This document shows positions 52,596-64,000 of a stretch of DNA of 64,000 nt, one piece after another. Positions within the stretch are counted from its first letter, which is position 1, and each line of letters starts with the position of its first letter. Made by a program: the position numbers and the translations under genes. Below the pieces are notes generated by a model. That model did no database searches and had not been told where the DNA came from. It saw only the letters and a list, made by a program, of their open reading frames with translations. Source of the DNA: Chrysomallon squamiferum (Eukaryota > Animalia > Mollusca); contig CM022675.1 of the NCBI GenBank assembly GCA_012295275.1, forward strand, positions 6,076,001-6,140,000, given 5' to 3'.

Positions 52596-55500
52596 TGTCT
52601 ACAACAACAAGGATGCACTCAGTTGACTGGAATCTCTATGTTGAAACAAGAGCAGAAGAAATAGGTGTTGAACTTTTGAAGAAGAATGGTGTTGTGATTG
52701 TAATAGGCTGTCCAGGTTCAGGAAAGACAACTCTAGCTTTGAGCATTATGAGGCAGATAGAAAAAGAAGAGAAAAGAGAATCTTACTTGCTGACTCATCA
52801 TATTGAATTCAATGATATCCCTATATCTAAAGATAAAAAATGTATTATTCTCATTGATGACATATTTGGTAAAACTAATCTCATTTCAGATTTTAGGCTG
52901 TCACTGCAACCAACATTTCCATCGGTGTGGAGTCTTGTTCAGGATGGTTCTGTGAAATGTATTATTACCTTACGAAATCAAATATTTGCAGAAAGTAAAA
53001 CCAGTTTGAAGGAATTTGATCTGTTTAATGAGAAACATGTTCTTGATCTGCAGAGTCCTGAATTTTGTCTCAGTTGGGATGAAAAGAATAAAATTCTAAA
53101 CAAATATCTCAAACAAAAACATGTTACAATGGAGCAACGTGACAAACGGAACGTTATTCACCAAGCATGTACGGAGTTAGGATTTCCTCAGGTATGTGTT
53201 TATTATGTTAATTCTACTGATGCACAAAAAAGAGGAGTTGAGTTTTTTAAGAAACCTGTAGAATATCTCAGAGAACAATTGGGAAATATGAAAAATGATG
53301 AATCATCACAGATCAACTATCTGGTTCTACTGCTGATCATGTTTCAGCAAGGCAGTCTCAGTATTGATTTGTTGAACCCATTTGAAAATGACTCTGACAT
53401 AATGGAATTAGTAAGAATGCTGGAGGGTGCCTGCCTGAGTCTAAAAGACACAAGTTTCACACATATAAAAGCAGCAGCTGATGTAATGTGTGGTACCTAT
53501 TTGAATTGTTACAACAATAGATACACATTTATTCACCAGTCAGTGTTTGACTCGTTGTTTCTGATGTTTTCATCAGAATTTCCAAAGAAAGCAGCAGAGT
53601 TGCTAGAAGTGTGTCCTCTCTCAATGTTGTTAGAATATGTTGTGACGCCTGGAGTGTCTAACAAAAGTCACATTACAATGACTGTGAAACCTGACTGCTT
53701 TGATGTTCTCGCTCGCAGATTTACTGACTTGCTGGCATCAAGCAGTGCCAGAGAAATTATTTCACATCCATCACTGAAAGATGAAGAGTTTCTAAAATAT
53801 CTCATTGAGAAAAAACACTTCTATGGTAAATTGTCCGAAATACTGGAAACGGAACTGCATCGAAGAAGTTATTATTTTGCATTTCAGGTAGGCGAAAATT
53901 TCATTGATATATATGAGAATATTTCACATTTCCATGACGGTCATACAGACTGTTGGACATTATCCTACCTGTATTTGACAGTTAAACAAAACAGATGTAT
54001 TCATCATCTGTTGCAAGTGAGTGTGTTGTGAATGGTCTGAGAACACTGTCGAGGTGTTTCACATCAGATCTGTGTAAAATGGAGTTCACAGATCAGAAAA
54101 ACGAACTTTTGAATATTTCTTGTTTGTTTGGTGATGAAGATGTTGTGAAAATTTTGTTACAATCAGGTGTTATTCCAACACTAGATACATTCAGAGCAGC
54201 TGCATGTTCAAAAACCGACAATGTTACCATAATGAAAGAACTGTTACAGAGTAGAAAGGTGAATTTGAAACAGTATTACGAATCCTTAAAACTTTCAATT
54301 TTTTCACGTAACATGAACATTGCCTGGTTTTTGGCTGAAATTATGAATAATGAGGAAGGCAACAGTAAATTTAAGGGAAAACTTGTAAAACTGTTATTGG
54401 TTAGCTTCCATATACAACTAAAATCACTCACTGATGAATTTGTTGATACAAGCTCTCTTTTTAAGAAGCTGGTTACCATTGAAATAATAAACAAAATTGA
54501 AAACATTGCCATCATTGCGGCTGGTCAGATGAATTCAGGAGTTATTAAAGAAATAGTAAAACTGAAACCTGATTGTTTAAATGATGAGAACAGAGATAAA
54601 GTTCTTTTAGCAGCAGCAATGTGGGGTTCTGCTGATACAGTGGATTTCCTCATTGACCAGAGACGTAGTGATACACAAAAGAACAACTGGAAGAAAAGTC
54701 AAGTACTGAAAGTAGCAGTGATGTTTAACAGTGTAGATGTTGTCCAGTGTCTACTTGATAAAGGAGCTGATCCTAATACTAATATATCAGTTGATAGGTC
54801 ATTGACTGATTTGTTTGAACAGAAAACTAGATTAAAATACTTCGATTCTGATTCACCCCTCCACACATCAGCTCGGCTTGCTGACTTACATTTGTTGAAA
54901 TCACTGGTGGAAAGAAATGCTGAGGTTAATGCAGTGAACAGTGAAGGGAAAACTCCTCTTCATGAAGCTGTATCTGTGAAGGAACATAGAAAAGAATTCG
55001 TTGTTTATTTACTGCAACATGGAGCTGACCCTACTTTAACAGACAGATATAACAATTCTGTTTTACACAATGCAGCTAAACAAGGAAATATAGAAATTAT
55101 GACACTACTGAGAGAAAACGGTGTTGATATGAATATTAGAAACAATGAAGGTGAAACTCCTCTTTCTACAGCTGTTCACTACAAACAGAACAATGTAGTT
55201 TTGTATTTACTGAAACATGGAGCTGATCCTCATTTAAAAGACAATGACAACAATTCTGTTTTACACATAGCAGCTAAAAAGGGATATACAAAAATTGTCA
55301 GAGCATTGATTAAAAAAAGTGTTGATGTAAATATTAAAAACAATGAAGGAGAAATTCCTCTTTTTACAGCTCTGAAACACAAACAGTCCAACATAGCTTT
55401 GTCGTTACTGAAACATGGATCTAATCCTAATGTAATAGACAATGATAAGAATTCTGCCTTACATGTAGCAGCTAAATATGGATTAACAGTAGTTGTGAAG

Positions 55501-55632
55501 GCCCTTGTGGAAAAAGGTGTTGATGTAAATACTCCTAATGCAAGGGGGCAAACACCTCTTGAGATGGTTAGTGGTCCACTTAGGAAACAACAGGAGATTG
55601 TGTCCTATTTATTGAGTCATAGTGCTAAGTAA
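52596..55632 (+). CDS. Copy 4 main exon: STAND NTPase + about 9 ankyrin repeats, single 1-bp frameshift
   Basis: ORFs 52595-54031 and 53995-55632 join into one paralog of copy 3; one base missing near 53990 (AAA CAA AAC AG ATG vs AAA GAA AGA AGG ATG). Could be a young pseudogene or a base-call error. Confidence 0.85.
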
Positions 55633-57901
55633 AATTAAATGACAAAATGTATTTTGCATAAATAAAACTAATAATAATAATATTTACTACATCATGGAGA
55701 CAAATGTAAATTGACTGGTGACAGGAAAATTGGTGACTTGTAATTTATTAATTACTTAGATTTTTTAAAATTATTATTTGTTTCTATGAAACAAAAAAAA
55801 ATATATTTGTCTTTTGTAGTTGTGATCACTACTAATTTTTTTAATTAAATTGTATTCTTCCATTATAGTACTTATGTATCTTTTTTATTTTGATATAAAT
55901 ATTTTTAGTTATATTCAAGAACTGTTTATTATTATTATTGTTGTTGTTATTATTATTATTGTTATTGTTATTGTTATTGTTGTTATTATTATTATTATTA
56001 TTATTAGTATTGTTATTATTATTATTATTATCTTGATGTATTTTTGTTGACTTTTCCTATCATAGTTGTTCATTTATTTAATTAGTTGTTGAGTCTTCTT
56101 TTTTCTAATATTAATGTAGAATTCATTTAGTCGCTACTGATATTTCTTGATTTAAGTAATTATTTCAAAAGCACCAAGAAAGTAGCTGTAAATATCTGAA
56201 ACAGTTGTCAAGATTTCCAAGATGCTTTACGAGCTGTATATAGAATGTAAGATTCTATTATTAATACTTAATTATTATTTTATTTCACGTTTATTATAAA
56301 ATGTTTATTCATGTAAGAAATAAGAATTAATAATTTAGCATTCACAACAGTAAGTAAGTAGAAAAGGACTTTCATAATCATGAATCAGAAAAGATTACCA
56401 AGTCTGTTTCTTACAACTTTGTCATCAAATGAAAACCAAACTATGATTTTTAGTCGTTTCATTGCTTTTATAATTGTTTCATTTAAGGAATCACAGCTAA
56501 GTGTTTTTGATTGAGAGAAACTATTTTTATTATTTTTAGTAGTAGTAGTAGCAGTAGTAGTAGTAGTATAATTATTATTATTATTATGACGACGATGATT
56601 TATTTTTTATTTATTTCTTTATTTGTTATTTAATTATAAAATTAATGTTTAGTGTTATTGTTTTTCTTTGTTTTTTGTTTGTTTTTGTTTTTTCTCAAAT
56701 TCAATTTCTTTTCATTTATGTAGATGTCATTATTACTTTTATCATTTTTCTATACATTTTTAATGAGCATACTTAAAATTAACCTTCTAACGCTATTGAA
56801 AATTAAATACAATAAATATTTTAATCTAATTATTTCGTATTATGTTTTTTATTATTAGCATATTTTTATTTAATAGTATCTACCTTACATATTATTAATC
56901 ATATGGAATAAAAACGGTATTGTTTTTGAAAATTGACTTTCCAAGCAGTACCCAATTACTGACATAAAACAAACCATACTGGAAGTGTCTTGTGGAAGAT
57001 GCCTTTCTGCTAAAATCAAAATTTTCTCTTCAACTTTATCATAACATATTTAGGTTTGGCATATTAATGTTCTCAAATACCTACTGTTTGTAAATATTTG
57101 AATGGCTGTGTGTGAATTCAAGTGGAGTGTTAACTGCTGTTTTCATCTGACTCTATTGTTCTGAAGCAATCAGTTTGAAGATATTTCTGACTACTTAAAC
57201 ATTTTTCTTTTGCACCTGGCGAGTTCCATAGTTGAGTTATGTAATCAGATCAAATGTTGATCGTTAGCATGCATTTTGCTCTAAATGCATAAAACAAAGC
57301 AAACAAAGTAGACATTAGAAATTAAGAAATAACATCTAGAAAAATAAGAAACAAAAAATAAGAAAAACAACAAACTCCATCTACTTAACAGCTATCAGTT
57401 AAGATGTCCCTTTTAAAGGACTGAACAAAAATTAATTCTCAGAAAACAAACAGGTGTTACATGGAATATATACTTTATTAAATATAAAGGATAACTACAC
57501 TGAACACACTATTCTTGAATAAATTAGAACAGAACATTTAAAATGCTACTGCAGTTTTCTGAGTAATGTCGAGAAGAAAAAATATCTTCGTGTGGAACAC
57601 ACAGAGTAACAACAACACAAATAAATATACACTTGTAACAACATACGGACACAAATAAATATACACTTGTAACAACATACGGACACAAATAAAAATAAAC
57701 ACACACATGCCTCCACAAGTGTCTTTATCATAATCATACATAAAATGTTAAAACATATAATACAAAAATTAGGTGAGATTATCTATTCATATAGATACCC
57801 ATGTGTTTATATTTTTAAGAATGTTTATATCATTATATAATAATAACAACAATTAAATATTAATAATACAAACAACAACAGCAATGATATTAAAATGTTA
57901 C

Positions 57902-58057
57902 TTGACAAACTTCCTGCCAATTTGGACAAATAAGATATCCTTTGTGAAGATAACTCTGTGAGACATACTGTACTTTAATTATCTGCCCTTCTTTATAATA
58001 GCGATATGCATTTCCTTCTACAAATATTGTCAAACCAATGTCAGCACTGCATTTATA
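57902..58057 (-). pseudogene. LMLN: Orphan leishmanolysin-like peptidase (invadolysin) C-terminal Cys-rich exon, copy a
   Basis: cccag|YKCSADIGLTIFVEGNAYRYYKEGQIIKVQYVSQSYLHKGYLICPNWQEVCQ|gtaac, 156 bp; resembles the invadolysin tail (Y.C...GQ......LH.G...CP.C...C) as recalled. Confidence 0.7.
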
Positions 58058-58270
58058 CTGGGAAAGAAGAAAAAACAAACAAACAGTAATAAATAATATT
58101 TTAAAAATAAATATATATATATATGTCTAGAATAGTAATAATAACAACAACAAAAATAGGAAAAATATAAGTAGTAGGCATAATAATAATAGCAAAAATA
58201 TCCTAATAATAATAATTATAATAGCAATAGTGGTAGTAGTAGTAGTTATAATAGAAGTAGGAGTAGCAAC

Positions 58271-58325
<55 letters not shown>

Positions 58326-58385
58326 CAACAACAACAGTGAAATATTAATAATAAAAACAAAAAAATAAGGATAATAAAATCTTAC

Positions 58386-58539
58386 TTGACAAACTTCCTG
58401 GCAGTTTGGACAAATAAGAGATCCTTTGTGAAGGTAACTGTGAGACATACTGTACTTTAATTATCTGCCCTTCTTTATAACAGCGATATGCATTTCCTTC
58501 TACAAATATTGTCAAACCAATGTCAGCACTGCATTTGTA
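58386..58539 (-). pseudogene. LMLN: Same invadolysin-like exon, copy b, with a 2-bp deletion
   Basis: 154 bp, cccag| ... |gtaag; keeps YRC and CPNC but is frameshifted. Confidence 0.7.
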
Positions 58540-58789
58540 CTGGGAAGCAAAAAAAAACAAAAAAAAAAACTTATGTATATAATAAAATTAACTTTCATAA
58601 TGTCTCGAATAATAGCAGTACTAACAGAACAATAACAACAACAACAAAAATAATAATAATGTAAGTAGTAGACATCGTAATAATAATAATAATAATATCC
58701 TAATAATAATAATAATTTTAATACTAATAGTAATAGCAGTAATAGTAGTCATAATAGTAGTAGGAATAGCAATATCATAATAATAATAA

Positions 58790-58820
<31 letters not shown>

Positions 58821-59298
58821 AATAGCAGTTGAAAACGGTTGATACAGCAGTAGTATTAGCAATTACAATGATCATGATAATAAAAAGATCGATAGTAAAA
58901 ATCTCATTAACCATGATCTTTGCAGCCATAATAAGTGAAAACAATGTGTAAACCACAGCCAATGATAATATGGTAAATGTATTAACTGTCATATTGTAAA
59001 CATAGCTTATCTATAAACATGCATAATATTATAAACAACTGGAAACATTGTAAGCTATTTTCTTGATGTCTGCAACTTGAGCCAAGTAAAGCATCATGAC
59101 TGCTGCACGAAAATTCCTGTTTGCAAAAAGAAAGAAAAAAGAAAGAAAACAAACAAACAAAGAAAATAGAAACGAAAAAAAAGAAGAAAAAGAAAAAATA
59201 TGTTTTAAAGAATAATGGTTTAATTAAATTATGAATTAACGAATTTATTTATTTACTTATTTATTTATTTATTGATTGATTTATTGATTTATTTATTG

Positions 59299-59371
<73 letters not shown>

Positions 59372-59529
59372 GTTATTATTATTTTGTTAGAGAAAACAAA
59401 AATAAAGAGATTATCTTTTCTGTAACTTTTCTGTATCTTTTCTGTTAAAAGTAATGAATAAATGATTAAATAAATAAATTCTATTCCGACCAGGCAGATT
59501 TCTACGTTTTTCTTTTTATATATTCGGAC

Positions 59530-59696
59530 ATTGTTACGTCACGTTCACTAGTTGCCCTCCTTCTAGATTTCTTAGAAACGGTTATTTCCGGCATCGAGCA
59601 GGTGCTTCTAGAATCACTTGGTAACAGTTTCTGGGAAAATGGAAAGATTCAGAATTTTTATCCAGTGTAAGTTTCGTTGTTCGTTTCTTGATCAGG

Positions 59697-59750
<54 letters not shown>

Positions 59751-60281
59751 ATTTGTATTTGTGTGTGTGTGTTTAAAGTTTTAAAGTAAACAACAAGAAA
59801 CAAATAAAATAAAATAAATAAAATAATTATTAGATTCAAAATACAGGTAAGTATATATCATTGTTTTTAACACGACGAAACATTTTTCTTTCTTAACAGC
59901 AAAAGGAGCCACAAGAAGATGGAGACGACACCGCCACCGCCACCAACGCCGTCCGTTTATTCTGCGACGACCAGAAGCATTCTACGTCGTCATGTCATCA
60001 GAAGGTGAATGGTGAAGCTGGAATGCAGGACGGAACTGCAGTAACAGTCGCAGCATCAGTGGATTCAGACTCAAATGTGAAGGCAACCATCAGTTCCTCG
60101 ATGACACCGCTGTCAATGGTGTCAAGCTTATTTGGTGGCGTACCATCGGCTACACCGGCGAATGGGAGGTTAAAAGATACTGGGTTTCAACACCGACCAC
60201 GCTGTCTTGACCAATGTAGAAGCTTACTGTTGGAAAATGGCGTGCACGTCAGGCGATTGTGGCGTGAAAACTAGTGATTAA
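59530..60281 (+). pseudogene. VMO1: Two-exon VMO1 pseudogene
   Basis: Exon 1 (signal-like LVALLL, GNSFW.KWKDSEF) ends 59696|gt. Exon 2 from 59900: EPQEDGDDTA..NAVRLFC..EGEW*SW..GFRLKCEG..DDTAVNGVKL; stops, frameshifts and an internal deletion. Confidence 0.8.
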
Positions 60282-61892
60282 ACTTTCATTGCGTTGCTAT
60301 TATTCAAGGTTTTGCACGAGAAAGCCAGGGAAATTATATTTCCTCTAACGATTTACAAATTCAGAAGCAGGCAGTCACTTAGCGTAAGAAATCTGTTATG
60401 AAATTCAGCTATCACACAAACTACTAAGAGTTTTTACTTCACCAGCAGATTATGTAAAACAAAAACAAAATAAATAAATAAATTAATAAATAAAAAGGTT
60501 TTGATGGCTTTCCTGTTTGTGTATTTTTGTTGTTGTAAATCTTCTTTTTATTATTATCATAATCATCATCCTATTGATTTGTTTCTCTCTTCATTTGTTT
60601 CTTTAACCTACTTTCCTTGAATTTAATTTGAATTTTTGTTATTTCATTTTTTTTTTCTTTTTAGTTTTTGTCTTTTCTACATCGTCCATCGAAAATTATA
60701 TTCATTTATTTGTTAAAATTACAAAATATTTTCACGTCAGATAATTAATTTTCACACCTAGTTATTATACTTTTCGGATATTTTGGTGTAATCGACTTAT
60801 TGGATGCACAATATTAAATTAATATATTTATTTATCTATCTATACATCTATCTGTATGTATATATATACACACAAACACACAAATAAATAAATAAATAAA
60901 AAAATAAAAATTCAAATCAAATCAAATAAAACAAATAATACTACAAAACAAAACAATATAGATAACAAACTGTAGGCTACGTGCACACACAGTCCTTTCG
61001 GATACTCTCTTTGTATTGCATTAAGAAATTCCTAAATCTTCGAAATCCGAGACGATAATTACTGCCCTGAGTGCGAGATTTTTTTTTTTTTTTCTTACCA
61101 CACTATTTATATCCTAACCAAATGCGACTGTAGCGACAGTATCGTTTTTGAAACACTGATCCACCATGAAGACAAGTTAAACCTACCCAGGGTATGTATT
61201 ATAACGTTGTTTCGTCTTAATGTAAAGCTACCTTACTCCCACCCAGTGTAGGACTGGATCTTCCAAGAAGCTTATACATGCATGTTATTAAAAAAAGATA
61301 GAAACAATTCCTGTTGGTATTGTGTCGTGCGCTCGACTAGATCAAACTGTCGCGCCCCATGCGTGCAGTTAGGATGCTGAAACTGAAATCAATGTTCTAT
61401 GACAAAGGATCACTTGTCGCTCGTGTTGCATGAGCCCGGTTAGGTTACAGCTTAAAGGACTCATTTCTGTCGAACAGACACGTGTAAAATGTATGTATTT
61501 AATTCATTTGTCAATTTTCGGTTGTTAAGATTTACGTAAAATAAATATGTAAGTAAATTATATATATATGTATAATATTTATTACAGATAACATTAGGAA
61601 TTGTCAGTTTGTTTGTTCATTTATGTAGGAGATATAAATAAACGAAATGTAGTCAAATAATTTGTACATCGGCTTAATTATTATTAATTTTTTAATCATG
61701 AACGTTTTTTTGTGGGTTTTTTCGTTTATTATTGTTTTTCAAATTTGTTTAAACTGTAGAGACGAAATATACAGATCCATCAATAAATTTGTTTAGAGTA
61801 CGTTTTTAGTTTTTGTTCTTTTTCCCTTTCCTTTTGAGAGACAGTAAACAAAGATGAACTCCTAAAAGAATAGCTGGTGTTGTACATCTGTG

Positions 61893-61944
<52 letters not shown>

Positions 61945-63799
61945 GTATATTTCATACATTTCTTTATCTTACTGAAATGTATCTGCTTTTCCTACATAGT
62001 TTTATCAAGTAATGTGTACATTTATAGGTATGTACTGATATTGTTCCCTATCTCTCTAGGTCTCACTCTGTTTTTCTTCTTTTTTGTTACAGTTTGTTTG
62101 TTTATGTATTTATTTATTACTGTTCTTTGTTTTCTCCAGTATATTTTTTAAAATTTATTTTCGTAATGGTGAACTAATTTCCTTATTACTTACTGACAGA
62201 TGATTGGTTCAATCCTTGTCGGTGTCTTTGAAGCCAATAGGCAAGGATGGTGTGTAAAAGTCAAGCTATGTACTGTACAGTATTCAGCAAAAGATATGAA
62301 AACAGAATGTAGCAAAGTTTCATTTTATTTTATTGTGAGTAATATTTGTCCCAGAAAAGTTATTACAATGGCAGATAAAAGTAACATCAAATAGATTTTG
62401 TTTATTTCGGTTTTCATCCATTTCATTTCTCGTTGTTTCTTTCAGTCGTCATTCATCCTTCAAATATGTTTACAGGTTGGGTTAGAGTTAAGCATATAAT
62501 TGTTTTAGTTTTAGAATTATGGTACTGCCTCAGGACTGGGTCAGGCTTAGAACTGTGTAAATATAAAGTTAGTAAGATACGTGATTATGTTTACAGTCAC
62601 AATTAATTCAGTGCAGGTATTCGTGTTGAGGTCAAATTAGGTTTAATGTTAAAATTACTTTTAAAGTTAGGGTTTGGCTTTAATTTAGAATTATCTAAAA
62701 TATTAATATCGAAGTCATGGTCGTTTTATGTCAGGATCAGGTTGAGCTATACACTGGTAATATTAAGTATTATAACTAGTTCTAAAGTTACAGATATGGT
62801 TAGATTTGAATTAAAACTTTACTTTGTGTTTAAAAAAATACTGAGTATTAATAGTGTGAGCCGTACAGACTGATACGTGGTGATTTATACAGAAGTCATG
62901 GAAGCTTTCTCTGGTACACTAACATTTATTTATATCTTCATAAACACTTAGGTATACACATTCTCAGAGATCCATTTTATGCATGCATTTACGACTGATC
63001 TCTTTTTTCTGTTTTATTTTTCTTCTTCTTTTATAGTGGGGGAGATAGCTCGTACATAACTCACTAGTTCCTTATCTGTGTTTAAAACACGCTCTCACTA
63101 GCGCTGTAACATGATAAACTAAGGACGACTCATTAATCTTTGAAATATGAGATAATTAAAACTAAATGAAAAAAGCTGTTTGAAACATAAGCAGAACTTA
63201 GTGAACAAACTATCAAACCCTCTTTTCATCCGCTCTGTAGTGCCTTGTCTGTGTCCACCCTATTCTACACTCTTTGTACCCCTGCTGTAGGACTTCATTT
63301 ATGTATATTATCATACCCTCTTTGTTTTCACAATCTCACCCAGTAGTATTTTAGTTGTGTATATTATTATACTCTTTGTTTTCACAATCTCACCCAGTAT
63401 TATTTTAGTTGTGTATATTATTATACTCTCTTTGTACACACCCTGTAGTACCTTGTTTGTGTCCACCCTATTCTACACTATGTGTACCCACGCTGTAGTA
63501 CATTACTTCCTACACAACACTACTCTTTTTTTCCCACACTATACTATTTTTTTTATTATTTTTTTTTTACTTCTATATTCTACACTATACCGCTTGTTTA
63601 TCGATATTTTGAATTAATGTTTTGTCAACCCACATTATCTGAAAATCATAGGAATAAAAACATTCTACAGGCGAATTTGATTGATACAAGTTATCGTTTT
63701 GCTGGTTTTCACAATGTTTCAGTTCGCTCGTTCGTATCGTGATGGTTTTAAACGATACAGTACAAAAATGTCATTGTCTCAAATAGTTTTAATAATAAT

Positions 63800-63852
<53 letters not shown>

Positions 63853-64000
63853 GCTCATGTAGGAGATTTACTCTCATTTTATTTGACCTGTCCATGACAA
63901 CAAATTCTATTCCACAAAATTGTAAATAAAAAATAATGAATTTTTCTCTGGTTATTTAAACTGAGTGTCGATCCGTTCTAACCACAGACTGACGACATAC

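Larger units (their letters stand above)
41940..55740 (+). repeat. Segmental duplication, unit B
   Basis: Colinear with 19040-37400; weaker homology continues to ~57200 after a deletion. Confidence 0.9.

Noticed and set aside
58860-59117. Minus-strand exon-like or hydrophobic segment as a membrane-protein or LMLN exon
   Set aside because: Has an acceptor-like site but no recognisable homology, and its order does not fit a terminal LMLN exon.
60005-60274. 89-aa ORF as a novel gene (also 8877-9107 minus)
   Set aside because: Alternative frames of the VMO1 pseudogenes.
61000-63500. CpG-containing patch, degenerate GTTAGG-like tract and short tandem duplications
   Set aside because: Probably non-autonomous repeat debris; no terminal repeats, ORF or RNA gene could be supported.

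Overview
AT-rich, microsatellite-rich, intron-containing eukaryotic DNA (invertebrate animal; a mollusc is plausible but not provable from the sequence). The window is a tandem, birth-and-death cluster of four + strand NLR-like genes, plus collapsed relics. Each is built as: YY1-type promoter/non-coding first exon > acidic repeat exon > 108-117 bp exon with a RHIM/cRHIM-like amyloid motif (LSHNRNVVIGN) > 33 bp micro-exon > one giant exon encoding a STAND-class P-loop NTPase (nSTAND3-like), a helical linker and about 7-50 ankyrin repeats. All coding introns are phase 1. Copy 3 has a 7.27 kb open exon whose ankyrin array is a shuffled mosaic of four 198-bp cassette types. Every copy carries at least one lesion in this assembly. 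Also present: a ~23 kb-offset segmental duplication, a truncated Gmr1-like Gypsy LTR element with a tRNA-Pro-like PBS, LINE 3' fragments, two VMO1 pseudogene remnants, a tandem pair of orphan leishmanolysin/invadolysin-like exons and remnants of an unidentified antisense gene. Best candidate for a new system: an animal RHIM-like + STAND + hypervariable-ankyrin receptor family resembling fungal amyloid-signalling NLRs. Family assignments are by eye and need HMM confirmation.
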